A DNA stretch of 62,861 nucleotides, the filler included, from Chiloscyllium plagiosum (Eukaryota): NCBI RefSeq assembly GCF_004010195.1. It is 4 parts of one record of this genome, joined end to end, with 100 filler letters (N's around TTAATTAATTAA, not from the genome) between each part and the next. Parts side by side here need not be neighbours in the genome. Positions count along the whole stretch, not along the records: positions 1 to 29,912 come from NC_057716.1; 3 more parts are not named here. The stretch is one strand, 5' to 3'. Below the pieces are notes generated by a model, which saw only the letters and a program-made list of their open reading frames with translations, was not told where the DNA came from and ran no database searches. Positions 1 through 11,565 of this stretch are shown here, piece after piece. The stretch's first letter is position 1; the number at the start of each line of letters is the position of its first letter. The translations under genes were made by a program, and so were the position numbers.

Positions 1-1130
1 GGGCTTTACTCTGTATCTAACCCCGTGCCGTCCCTGTCCCTGGGAGTGTTTGATGGGGACAGTGTAGAGGGAGCTTTACTCTGTATCTAACCTCATGCCG
101 TCCCTGTTCTGGGAGTGTTTGATGGGGACAGTGTAGAGGGAGCTTTACTCTGTATCTAACTCCCTGCTGTACCTGTCCTGGGAGTGTTTGATGGGGGGCA
201 CTATAGAGGGAGCTTTACTCTGTATCTAACCCCGTGCTGTCCCTGTCCTGGGAGTGTTTGATGGGGACAGTGTAGAGGGAGCTTTACTCTGTATCTAACC
301 CCACGCTCTCCCTGTTTTGGGAGTGTTTGATGGGGGACAATGTAGAGGGAGCTTTACTCTGTATCTAACCCCGTGCTGTCCCTGTCCTGGGAGTGTTTGA
401 TGGGGACAGTGTAGAGGGAGCTTTACTCTGTATCTAACCCTGTGCTGTCCCTGTCTTGGTAGTGTTTGTTGGTGGACAATGTAGAGGAAGCTTTACTCTA
501 TATCTAACCCCGTACTGTCCCTGTCCTGGGAGTGTTTGATGGGGGACAATGTAGAGGGAGCTTTACTCTGTATCTAAACCTGTGCTGTGCCTGTCCTGGG
601 AGTGTTTGCTGGGGACAGTGTAGAGGAAGCTTTACTTTGTATCTAACCCCGTGCTGTCCCTGTCCTGGGAGTGTTTGATGGGGGACAATGTATAGGGAGG
701 TTTACTCTATATCTAACCCCGTGCTGACCCTGTCCCTGGGAGTGTTTGATGGGGACAGTGTAGAGGGAGCTTTACTCTGTATCTAACCCCTTGCTCTCCC
801 TGTCCTGGGAGTGTTTGATGGGGACAGTGTAGTGAAAGCTTTACTCTGTATCTAACCCCGTGCTGTCCCTGTCCTGAGAGTGTTTGATGGGTACAATGTA
901 GAGGGAGCTTTACTCTGTATCTAACCCCACGCTGGCCCTGTCCTGGGAGTGTTTGTTGGGGACAGTGTAGAGGAAGCTTTATTCTGTATCTAACCCCGTG
1001 CTGTCCATGTCCTGGGAGTGTTTGATGGGAGACAATGTAGAGGGAGCTTTACTGTGTATCTAACCCCGTGTTGTCCCTGTCCTGGAGTGTTTGATGGGGT
1101 CAGTATAGATGGAGTTTTACTCTGTATTGA
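1..1130 (+). repeat. Minisatellite array, ~59-60 bp unit (GAGCTTTACTCTGTATCTAACCCCGTGCTGTCCCTGTCCTGGGAGTGTTTGATGGGGACAGTGTAGAGG-like)
   Basis: Directly visible tandem units; the array runs off the left edge; the same family occurs inverted at 58770-59845. Confidence 0.97.
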
Positions 1131-1994
1131 ACAATATCAGGCGCTAGTTCTATCTTTTTCACCCCAACCAGAAAAAAGTGGTAAATGTTGTGGCAGATTA
1201 CTGTTATGTAGAGAAACTGAACAAAACTGCTTGAGATAGTGGAGCGGTACGTACAGGAGAGATACAGATAGATAGAGAGCGATAGAGGTAGAGTGAGCAA
1301 GAATTATCGACAGAGTGAGCGTGAGAGAGGATTTCTCTTCGTTTGCAGGTACCACAGTAACAGATGCATCAGACTAAATGGAGACAATAAAGATTAATAA
1401 AGAAATGACTGTTTCCAGACAAGGCGGCATTTAATTATTCATGAGGAAATCAGGGCAGATGGAATGCTTCCAGTCCAAATGGAATTGCTGTGAGATTGTG
1501 CTGCCCTATCGGAAAATATTTCCGAGGTTATTAACGGTATCGGTTGTCAAGAATGATTTGAACATCTGCAATTTTAATGTCAGGAACATTCTGCGAAATC
1601 AGATTTTCCTCTTTCAAAAAGTGCCTTTCTGACAAATTGTAACATTTTTCACATTCATAAAAACAGAAGTTGCTGGATATGCTCAGCAGGTCAGGCAGCA
1701 ACTATAGAGAGAAAAACCAAGAAAACGTGCACAAGCCTGTGGTCATTTGGTTAATTCCGAGTTTGTGTAGTGTGGAGGTTTGAGGGTTTCTCACCGTGAG
1801 ACCCAGCAGAACGTGGTCACATTGTGAGCTGGGGGGAGGACAGTGTGGAGTTTCAAAACAAATGTCATGACATTCAACACCAAGAAGCAACACAGTGGTG
1901 TCTCTGTAGATATCGTGTCACTTTTGTCAGTGCAGACTTGATGGGCCGAAGGGCCTCTGCAGTACTGTCTGAGTCTATGATTCTGTGACATTGA

Positions 1995-2265
1995 AACGTT
2001 GCTGGATTGGGCAGATCAATGGCAGATGAAGTTCAATGTTTTTTGGGAAGAACGTGTTATAAAGGAGTATAGGAGCAGAGATCTGGGTGTGCATGTTCAT
2101 TAGTCATTAACAGTAAGAGAGCAGTTAATAAAGCAGACAATGTCCTAAGCTTTACTAACAGGAATATAGAGCACACGAGCAGGGAGATGATGTTGAACTC
2201 ATACAAGACACTTGGTAATCCTCAGCTGCAGTACTGTGGACAATTGTGGGCTCTACATTATAAGG
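1995..2265 (+). mobile_element. Degenerate CR1-like LINE RT C-terminal fragment
   Basis: Decayed WADQWQMKFNV...GIE...YKTLV.PQL.YC-type CR1 ORF2 sequence. Confidence 0.65.
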
Positions 2266-2367
2266 AACTCAATGGTGCTCAGGGCTAGCAACAGGACACA
2301 TGAAGAACTAAGGCCCTGTGTGGACCTGACACACTATCACCAAGGAGTAATCAGGGAAATCCTGTCT

Positions 2368-2405
2368 ATTTCCTGATGAAGGGCTTATGCCCGAAACATC
2401 GATTC
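2368..2405 (+). ncRNA. Minimal hammerhead ribozyme motif (family A), stem III variant
   Basis: CTGATGA(2373-2379)-A-GGGC-TTAT-GCCC-GAAA-C-ATC; ACGT is changed to ACAT (CpG decay). Confidence 0.65.
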
Positions 2406-2500
2406 TCCTGCTCCTCAGATGCTGCCTGACCTGCTGTGCTTTTCCAGCACCACACTCTTCAATTCCGATCTCCAGCATCTGCAGTCCTCACGTTCTCCTA
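2371..2500 (+). mobile_element. Short Penelope-like terminal fragment (hammerhead motif plus ~95-nt tail)
   Basis: Same tail (GATGCTGCCTGACCTGCTGTGCTTTTCCAGC...) as follows the GIY-YIG ORFs at 29290-29410 and 32350-32480. Confidence 0.85.
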
Positions 2501-3151
2501 GTGCGAGTGTCTACAATGGTTTGGGGGAATTGGCAACTGATGAGTGTTTCACCAATCGGAATGGTTGCAATGGATACTGGCAGAGACCCTTCAACCTAGA
2601 GTCGAGAATGCTGGGGACATTCCTTACGTTGTTCAGGTGGGATTGCTGGGTTCGGGATCTCCTCTGAACCAGACATTTTCCAAAGTGCAATGCCTTGCAT
2701 CCTGGAAAGGTGACAGGGAAGGATTTGCCAGTGCATGGGAAAATGGAGATGGTTCTTGATCAGAAGGCCAGGGACATTTTACAGATGCTACAGAGGTTGG
2801 GTCTTTCATTCAGCATAATGATTGCATTCCTCAGACACATTATTCAAACCCATGACATGACATTGCAGTGATTCAAGAGCTTTCTGACACAGATGTGTAT
2901 GAAAGATATTCAGTGTTTCTTAGACAATGTGAATGTAATGGGAATGTTCATCCCTGGCTTCATCAGTCTCCATCGCCCCATCAGGGAGCTTCTGAAGAAA
3001 AGGCTGCATTGGAACAGATCGCAGTATTCAGAAAGATCAAAGGCAAATGTGTCTCTACTGATGTATGTCCTACCACACGCTCTCCTCGCCCAGCAGGGAC
3101 CCAGTGTTGGTGTAAAGGCCTGAGATGAGGAGGGATTTCTTCACTCAGAGA

Positions 3152-3780
3152 GTCATAGAGTCATAGAGATGTACAGCACGGAAACAGACCCTTCGGTCCA
3201 ACCCGTCCATGCCGACCAGATATCCCAACCCAATCTAGTCCCACCTGCCAGCACCTGGCCCATATCCCTCCAAACCCTTCCTAATCATATACCCATCCAG
3301 ATGCCTCTTAAATGTTGTAATTGTACCAGCCTCCACCACATCCTCTGGCAGCTCATTCCATACACGTAACATCCTCTGTGATATAAAAGAGACCTATCTT
3401 TCCTGTCTCACCCTAAACCTAGTTCTGGACTCCCCAACCCCAGGGAAAAGACTTTGTCTATTTACCCTATCCAGGCCCCTCATAATTTTGTAAACCTCTA
3501 TAAGGTCACCCCTCAGCCTCCGACGCTCCAGGGAAAACAGCCCCAGCCTATTCAGCCTTTCCCTGTAGCTCAGATCCTCCAACCCTGGCAACATCCTTGT
3601 AAATCCTTTGTTCAGCAACACTCCCTAGGACCTTACCATTAAGTGTATAAGTCCTGCTAAGATTTGCTTTCCCAAAATGCAGCACCTCGCATTTATCTGA
3701 ATTAAACTCCATCTGCCATTTCTCAGCTCATTGGCCCATCTGGTCCAGATCCTGTTGTAATCGGAGGTAACCCTCTTTGG
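3152..3780 (-). mobile_element. CR1 LINE 3' end, nested in an older + strand CR1 3' end (~3115-3980)
   Basis: ORF FTRMLPGLEDLSYRERLNRLGLFSLERRRLRGDLIEVYKIM; (CTCTATGA)n tail. Confidence 0.9.
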
Positions 3781-4671
3781 ACCTTTCTGCCCCAGAGGTG
3801 ATGGAGACTCAGTCATTAACTATCCTCAAGGAGATGGATCAGCAGCTCCATTGGAAAGACTTCAGGAGCTGCAGGGATGGTACAGGGCAATGAGCGCTGA
3901 AACAAACATGATCTCAATGAATGGCTGAATGTGCCTAAGGGGCTGAATGGCCTTCTCCTGTTCCTACCTTTATGTTCTAAAATTCTCCTTCTCACCCCAA
4001 TCCTACCTTATCTTTGATAACCCCCTCTCCTTGCTCTCTGAAATGTGTCCAGCCAGAGGGACTGCCCTGATTAACATCAACAGATCTGTCGCATTCAGCC
4101 CCCTCTGCCCTGACTCCCAGACCACCCCCTTCTCCTATCGCCCCCTCCCACTGAACCATGCAGATGGGAAAGATGTTCAAGAGCCAGTGTCTGGATTCAG
4201 GGTAAAGGAGGTGTCTCTGAAACAAACAATCACTGAGTGTCTGACACAGCAGAAGCAAACATCTCACTGTCTGAGCAACATCCCAGCAAGGGTTAATATT
4301 CTCCTGCTCCTCCAAATCTAATTGCTCATCCCAGATCAAAGCCAATTGTTGTACAGCCCAGGGCTTTGTCATTCTTTGTCATTTTCATTGGACAATCTCT
4401 TACTCTGCGACCTGGAGCTTCTAATATCCTACACAATGACTCTCATCATAAACTCCAACATGATTGGCTTTAAAGTGGCCCTGGTGTCACATTGGATTAG
4501 TAGACAGATCCTGTACTGTTCGACCTGTGTTCAATTCAGCTGAAATAAACCTCTTACAGCGATGTGTGTTTAATCTGGAAAGAAAAACCAGGCCCGGTTG
4601 TGAGGGACAGATCATCACTAGAATATGGTATCAATAATTTCAATAATGGCAATAATCTTCTCCTGCATGAA

Positions 4672-4975
4672 TGATCAATAATCTCCCTCGTTATCAGTAA
4701 TCTCCCTCGTTATCAATAATCTCCCTCGTTATCAATGATCTCCCTCATTATCAGTGATCTCCCTCATTATCAGTAATCTCCCTCGTTATCAGTGATCTCC
4801 CTCGTTATTAGTGATCTCCCTCGTTATTAGTGATCTCCCTCATTATCAGTAATCTCCATCATTATCAGTAATCTCCCTCATTATCAGTGATCTCCCTCAT
4901 TATCAGTAATCTCCCTCATTATCAGTGATCTCCCTCGTTATCAGTGATCTCCCTGATATCAGCAATCTCCCTCCT
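4672..4975 (+). repeat. 19-bp tandem repeat (ATCTCCCTCRTTATCAGTR)
   Basis: About 15 directly visible copies. Confidence 0.95.
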
Positions 4976-5156
4976 CTGTATCGATGGGGAAATGGCCCAG
5001 GAACATTTAAACAGCCTGTTATGGGATGTTATGACCCACCTTTGGATCAGGTGGGACTTGAACCTGGAGGTCGGATCCCTCAATCCCTGCCGTCTCCCTG
5101 TGACAGTGCCTAAACCTACCAGACTCAACTTCCTTGATTTAAATTTGATCATTTAG

Positions 5157-5472
5157 GGATGGCATGGTGGCTCAGTGGTTAGCACTGCTGTCTCACAATA
5201 CCAGGGTCCCAGGTTCAATTCCGGCTTTGGGCGATTGTCTGTGTGGAGTTTGCACATTCTCCCCGTGTCTGCATGAGTTTCCTCCGGGTGCTCCGGTTTC
5301 CTCCCACAGTCCAAAGATGTGCAGGTCAGGTTAATTGGCCGTGATAAATTACCCGTAGTGTTAGGTGCATTAGTCAGGGGGAAATGGGTCTGGGTGGGTT
5401 GCTCTTCGGAGGGTCGGTGTGGACTTGTTGGGCCGAGGGGCCTGTTTCCACACTGTAGAGAATCTAATCTAA
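5157..5472 (+). mobile_element. HE1-type tRNA-derived SINE, full length
   Basis: A box TGGCTCAGTGG, B box GGTTCAATTCC, core TGTGGAGTTTGCACATTCTCCCCGTGTCTGC, CR1-like 3' end and (AATCT)n tail. Confidence 0.9.
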
Positions 5473-5689
5473 TTAGCTACAATTGACAATTCCTGCTACA
5501 CACCATGCCAACCAATCAGCAGCCTCCTGCTACTGTTTCCTTCCTAAACCCTGTTTTCTTGTGTCTCTGTCCTGATGAGGGAAACATGGAAAGTGAGGAG
5601 TTTAAGTCTCTCTTTAGGAATATATCAGTAACCTCCCTCACTTTCTGTAACATTCTCACCATTAATCATCTCAATATTATTAAGACGAC

Positions 5690-6550
5690 TAGAATTAGTA
5701 GTCACATGGAAAAAGATGGGCTGATAAGGAAGGGTCAGCACGGATTTCTAACGGGGAGATTGGGTTGATCGAACGTGCGGGAGGTTTTTGAGGAGGTAAT
5801 GGAAAGGCTGGTTGAGGGTAACACGGTCGATGTGGTGAAGGTGGAATCCCAGCAGCTGCCTGAGACAGGGCCATACAACAGACACGTGAGGAACGTGATA
5901 GGACTTGATAAAAGGGACAGCAGCAACATGGATACAAGCCTGGCTGGGTGACAGGGAACAGAGAGCAAATGGTCAATGGCCAATGGTCAATGGATATTGT
6001 TCAGGTCAGAAGAGGGTCTGTAGTGGACCTCCCCAGGGAGCAGGATTGGGACCTTTGCTTTTCCTGTTATGTATTAATGATTGGGATCTTGTTGTGCAGG
6101 GGATTGAATTGCAAACTGTGTGGAGGACAGTGTGGAATTCTGTGTGCAGTGGGCAGGTACCGATGTTGGATTGGGGTGGACAAATCAGAAGTCACACAAC
6201 ACCAGGTTATAGTCCGACAGCTTTATTTGACATCACAAGTTTTCGGGGAACTGCAAAAAGCCATTGACACGTTGGTGGGAGTGGATGGATGGGTAGCAGG
6301 TTGGGGTTCACTGTAGACACGTGTGAGGTGGGGCACCTTGGTTTGAAGAACATTGAAGGCCAATATCCAACAGGGGGGACAAATCTAAAGAGGGTGCGGC
6401 AGGAGCAGAGGGAGCTGAGTGTGTAAGAACACAGATTATTGAAGATAGCAAGAGAGGGGGAGAGAGCACACAGTGTCCTCGGTTTTATTAACAGGGGCAT
6501 GGAGTACAAGAGCAGGGAGGTGATGGCAAACTTGTACAAGACCCTTGTTA
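5690..6550 (+). mobile_element. Degenerate CR1 ORF2 (RT) with a Penelope family-C tail fragment inserted at ~6165-6250
   Basis: GQHGFL, WIQAWLGDREQR and SGPPQGAGLGPLLFLLCIND motifs. Confidence 0.85.
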
Positions 6551-6750
6551 GAACATAGAACATAGAACAGTACAGCACAGAACAGGCCCTTCAGCCCACA
6601 ATGTTGTGCCGACCATTGATCCTCATGTATGCACCCTCAAATTTCTGTGACCATATGCATGTCCAGCAGTCTCTTAAATGTCCCCAATGACCCTGTCTCC
6701 ACAACTGCTGCTGGCAACGCATTCCATGCTCTCACAACTCTCTGTGTAAT
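6550..6750 (-). mobile_element. CR1 3' end
   Basis: (TTCTATG)n tail and QRVVRAWNALPAAVVE on the minus strand. Confidence 0.8.
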
Positions 6751-6784
6751 GACCTCAGCTGGAACGTTGTGTCCAGGTGTGAGT

Positions 6785-7375
6785 GTTCAAGTTTTGAGGT
6801 TACTAGTCCAAGAAACAGCAGCATGGGAGAAAGTGTTCAATGTTCAATCTCCGTGCCATCACTCTCTCTCCTGTAAGACCCTGTGTTTGAATTTACCATT
6901 TTTGCCAAGTGGTGGTTATGCGGACTTTTGCAAGGTTTGGAAGCACAATTGTTAAGTTGGGATAATCTGTTTGGTTTTCGGATACAGTAAGTTATTCTGT
7001 ATTCTGTTCTCATTTGTTAGTGTTTTATTCAGTAATTTTGGAAAACATATTTAGATTAGATTCCTACAGTATGTAAACAGGCCATTTTGCCCAAGCAGTC
7101 CACAGTGATCCTCCGGACAGCAACCCACCCAGACCCATTCCCCTACCCTATATTTACCCCTAACTAAGGCACCAAAACTATAGACAATTTAGCATGGCCA
7201 ATACACCTGACCTACACATCTGTGGATTGTGGGAGGAAACCGGAAAACCCGGAAGAAACACACTCGGATATCCACTACATACCTGCAGAAAACAAGTACC
7301 AAAGATAGGTTATGGGTGGGTTCCTTCAAATATTTTGAGGGAGTCTGGCCTGGTCCAGAACAACACTGACCGTTC
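6785..7375 (+). mobile_element. Degenerate solo-LTR-like sequence interrupted by a minus-strand HE1 SINE (~7050-7262)
   Basis: End CTTCAAATATTTTGAGGGAGTCTGGCCTGGTCCAGAACA is the reverse complement of the start of the element at 35372; HE1 3' half recognisable. Confidence 0.55.
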
Positions 7376-7479
7376 GATAATGTTAACACGATTCCCAACT
7401 ACACCGTACTGACTCAGTTCATTCAGCCCATCAGGCGATTGCTAAAAACAGGAACAGAATGAGGACATCCAGCCATTTG

Positions 7480-8411
7480 AGGTCGAGAGTGTGGTGCTGG
7501 AAAAGCACAGCCAGTGAGACAGCATCCAAGGAGCAGGGGAATTGATTTTCAGTCATGCGCGCTTCATCAGGAATGGTGCTTGTGGGCCTGGTGTGTTGAG
7601 AGATAAATAGGAGGGCGTGGGACTGCGGGCAATTTGCGGGGAATGTGATAGGTAGATGAAGGTGGGGTGATGGTGATAGGTTGGAGAGGAGGGCGGAGCA
7701 GTGGGAAGGAAGATGGACAGTAGGATAGTTCAGGAGGGTGGTGCCGAGTTGGAGGATTGGATCTGGGATAAGGTGGGGGGAGGGGAGATGAGGAAACTGG
7801 TGAAATCCACATTGATGCCCTGGGGTTGGAGGGTTCCAAGATGAGGCGGTTTTCCTCCAGGGGTCGGGTGTTTAGGGTTTAGCAATGAAGGAGGCCCAGG
7901 ACCTGCAAGTCCTTGACGAAGTGGGAGGGGGAGTTGAAGTGTTCAGCCACGGGGCGGTGGGGTTGATGGGTGCGGGTGTCCCAGAGGTGATCTCGGAAAC
8001 TTTCCGCAAGTTGGCGTCCTGTCTCCCCGACATAGAGGAGACCATGCCAGGTGCAACCCACACAGCAGATGACGTGTGTGGAGGCACAGGTACATTTCTG
8101 TTGGATGTAGAAGGATCCTATGGGGCCTTGGATGGAGGTGAGGGGGGAGGTGTGGGTGTAGGTTGCAATTCCTGCGGTGGCAGAGGAAGGTGCCGGGAGG
8201 GGAGGGTGGGCTGGAGGGGGGCATGAACTTGATGAGGGAGTGGTAAAGGGAATGGTCTCTCCGGAACGCTGATTGGGGTGGGGAGGGAAATATATCTCTG
8301 GTGGTGGGGTCAGTTTGGAGGAGGCAGAGGATGATGTAATGCATGCGGAGGTGGGTGGGTGGAGATGAGGACCGGGAGAGTTCTGTACTTGTTGTGATTG
8401 GAGGGGTGGAC
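7480..8411 (-). mobile_element. Penelope-like element 3' region (GIY-YIG endonuclease plus tail with decayed hammerhead)
   Basis: GLLYVGETGRQLAESFRDHLWDTRTHQPHRPVAEHFNSPSH is a Penelope GIY-YIG motif; tail at 7480-7575. Confidence 0.9.
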
Positions 8412-9050
8412 CAGGACAGATTGTGAGTGACCGTCACTCCCAGGACAGATAGTGGGTGACCATCACTCCCAGGACAGATTGTGGGTGAGCATCATTCCCA
8501 GGACAGATTGTGGGTGACCATCACTCCCGGGACAGATTGTGGGTGACCGTCACTCCCAGGACAGATTGTGGGTGACCGTCACCCCCAGGACAGATTGTGG
8601 GTGACCATCACTTCCAGAACAGATTGTGGGTGACCGTCACTCCCAGGACAGATTGTGGGTGACCGTCACCCCCAGGACAGATTGTGGGTGACCATCACTC
8701 CCAGGACAGATTGTGGGTGACCATCACTCCCGGGACAGATTGTGGGTGACCGTCACTCCCAGGACAGATTGTGGGTGACCGTCACTCCCGGGACAGATTG
8801 TGGGTGACCGTCCCTCCCAGGACAGATTNNNNNNNNNNNNNNNNNNNNNNNNNNNNNNNNNNNNNNNNNNNNNNNNNNNNNNNNNNNNNNNNNNNNNNNN
8901 NNNNNNNNNNNNNNNNNNNNNNNNNNNNNNNNNNNNNNNNNNNNNNNNNNNNNNNNNNNNNNNNNNNNNNNNNNNNNNNNNNNNNNNNNNNNNNNNCAGA
9001 TTGTGGGTGACCATCACTCCCAGGACAGATTGTGGGTGAGCGTCCCTCCC
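8412..9050 (+). repeat. 29-bp tandem repeat (CCAGGACAGATTGTGGGTGACCRTCACTC) spanning an N gap
   Basis: Directly visible copies on both sides of gap 8829-8996. Confidence 0.96.
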
Positions 9051-9830
9051 AGTAACTTGATGCTGTCGCCCATCTCCCCCTCAGCCTCACTCATACAGAC
9101 AGGGGTGTGCCCTCCACTCTGCTTCCTGAAGGTAATGAGCAGCTCCTTCATTTTGCTGATGTTGAGGGAGAGCTTGTTCCCTTCACACCCTGCTCTCAGG
9201 GTTCAGTCTCTTTCCTGGGCTCTGTCTCAGCGTGGTTTGGGGTCTGACTCTCTACAGTGATGTCATCAGAAACTTGTAAATGGCGTTGGGGCTGTATTTG
9301 GCCACACAGTCCTGAGTGTACAGGGAGTATAGTGAGGGGCTGAGTACCCAGCCTCGAGGGGCACCGCTGTTGGGGATGACTGTGGAGGAGGGGTTAGGGC
9401 ATGTTCCTTACTGATTGCTGTCTATGGGTCAGGAAGTCGATCCAGCTACAGAGGGGGGAGCAGAGTCCTGGGTCTCGGAGTTTGGAGATGGGTTTGGTCG
9501 GATTATGGTGTTGAAGATGGAGCTGTTATCAGTAAATGGGAGTCAGACGTAGGTATCCTTGTGATCCGGATGTTACTGAGACGAGTGTAAGGCCAGGGGT
9601 TGGCACCTTCCATGGAGCTGTTGTGACTGTCGGGAAATAGCGAGGGATTGAGGCTGGCTGGGAGGCTGGAGCTGATGTGAGCCATGACTGACCTCTCCAA
9701 GCTCTTCACAATAACGGAGGTCAGAGTCACTGGGCCACAGTCATTGAGACACGCTGCATTTTGGTACCAAAATGATGCTGGTCTTTGTGGTAAAGGTGGA
9801 AACTTCAGGTTGTAGTAAAAGGCTTGTTGC
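9050..9830 (-). mobile_element. Rex1/Babar-type LINE RT fragment
   Basis: ACLNDCGPVTLTSVIVKSLERSVMAHISSSLPASLNP resembles CLNDYRPVALTS..MKCFERLV..HI...LDPLQF. Confidence 0.8.
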
Positions 9831-9884
9831 TTCCTCAAAGAATTCTAGTCGATTTGTCAGGCCTTGTCAATTCTCATCGAGTTC

Positions 9885-10130
9885 CTCCAGTGCAGAAGGA
9901 GGGCATTCAGCCCATCTATTCTGTACCCGCCCTCCAACGAGCATCCCACCCAGACCCAGACCCACCCCATCCCTGTAACCCTGCATTTCCCATGGCAACC
10001 GACCTAATCTGAATATTTTTGGATTATGGGAGGAAACCCATGTAGACACAGGGAGGATGTGCAAACTCCACCCACCGTTGCCTGAGGCTGGAATTAAACA
10101 CAGGTCCGTGGCGCTGTGAGGCACAGTGAG
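9885..10130 (-). mobile_element. Degenerate HE1-type SINE
   Basis: Reverse complement of TGGAGTTTGCACATCCTCCCTGTGTCTAC core. Confidence 0.75.
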
Positions 10131-11400
10131 CCCTGTACCTTAATCATACTACATATTTGGAAATGCTCTCTGATTCCATCCTTTATAAGAAAGTTGTGTA
10201 TTTTTCTGATAGCAGACACTGAGCTAACTAGCCTCCAAATACCTGGTTTGTGTCTCCTTCCCTTTTTAAATAAAAGTTATTTTGGCAGATTTCCAATCCT
10301 CTGGGACTCTTCCAGAATCTAAAGATTCCTGGAATATTATTCCCAGTGCATCCATTATCTCTGTAGCTACTTCCTTTAATATCCTCAGCTGCATCCCATC
10401 ACTTCACTGGCAACTGTGGAGAGATAAAGGGAGTTAACGATTCATGTTCCAAGCTATCCCAATACTGGGACCAGGGCTCCCTTGCTGTGTGATCCTCGTA
10501 AATCCTGTCCATGCCTCTGAATCTGGTTTGTAAAACTGTGACCAGAGCGACATGCAGCCCTCTCAAAGCGTGGTATTTGGTACATGCTTGACATCACCTC
10601 CAGACCTTTCGCTTCTCCCGCTCGTGATGTCAAGTGCCCGGAGCATGGATTGTGTTTGTTTTGGCCTTGGAACCACCTGCCACTGATTGGTGTATTTGTA
10701 TTTGACATTCCTGTTCTGCTGCTTCCAAGTGAGCTCCCTATCCGTCTCCCTGAAATGTAATGCCTTCCGAGTGAAATTTCAGATGGCCATATTTACCCAG
10801 CTTGATGACTGACCTCCTATAATTTGCTCTCAGTGCTGGATGTTCATTCCAACATCATGTCCCCAGCAAGTTTGGAAAAAATGGGCAGATGCTATTAGGA
10901 ACCATAGATCCCACCTTCCAGCCTGGAGATCAATGAACAGCTCAGCTTCCCCTTTCCACTCAAGATCCAATCAGGGAGATCCCTGGCCAGCCAGGAAATT
11001 CCCACAGTGATCCCTCAGACCAGCTGACCAGTCAGAGATGGGCCTCCCGGTAAGAGTGACAGTGTGGCCAGAGAGGTGGTCACTGGGGCTAATGCCCTTG
11101 TCCCCTCACAGGCTTGCTCTGTGAGGTGGACAGAAGATTCGACGAAGGAATGGGTCAGCTGACTCCCCCAGATCCACACATTGGTGCTGCTGGGACCCTC
11201 AGTCACAGACACAACTGATGGAGGAGGGAGCCTTCCCAGTAAAGCTACAGAGAAACTGATGGCGGGGGAGGGGGAGGGGAGGATTCACCTTGTGCTCCTA
11301 TTGGCTGGAGAAACCTTAACCCAGCACTAGGGCAATACTGGCCACACCATTCTTTATCATTGGGGCACAGGTCTGGGGTGGGGGTATTGACCTTTATGGG

Positions 11401-11565
11401 AAGCAGGAAAATTGGCGTTTTGGGCAAAAGCCCTTCATCAGATTCCTGATGAAGGGTTTCTGCCTGAAACATCAATTCTCCTGCTCCTCGGATGCTGCCT
11501 GACCTGCTGTGCTTTTCCAGCACCACTCTGATCTAGACTCTAATCTCAAGCATCTGCAGTACCTA
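11401..11565. mobile_element. Inverted Penelope tail pair with back-to-back hammerhead motifs
   Basis: Minus CTGATGAAGGGCTTTTGCCCAAAACG abuts plus CTGATGAAGGGTTTCTGCCTGAAACATC around 11441-11445. Confidence 0.85.

Larger units (their letters stand above)
2270..3070 (+). mobile_element. Decayed Ty3/Gypsy LTR-retrotransposon pol (RT plus connection region), interrupted by a Penelope tail at ~2371-2500
   Basis: Translated pieces QWCSGL, LRPCVDLTHYHQGVIREILSI, GYWQRPFNLESRMLGTFLT and KDIQCFLDNVNVMGMFIPGFISLHRPIRELLKK match Gypsy RT motifs (LR.CVD, G(F/Y)WQIPL...TTF.T, LQRFLG..NY...FIP...PLRELLKK) in the expected order. Confidence 0.75.

Noticed and set aside
1137..1355. 72-aa hydrophobic minus-strand ORF as a membrane protein
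   Set aside because: Hydrophobicity comes from a GA-rich low-complexity tract; no recognisable family.
5157..5235. tRNA gene (A and B boxes)
   Set aside because: It is the tRNA-derived head of an HE1 SINE, continuing into SINE core and tail; the same applies at 47066, 51277 and 58250.
8412..9050. CRISPR-like array (29-bp repeats with a hairpin)
   Set aside because: Units are head-to-tail with no unique spacers; vertebrate context; no cas genes.
11112..11218. Possible terminal exon after CCCCTCACAG
   Set aside because: Short unrecognised peptide, no nearby poly(A) signal and no supporting upstream exon.
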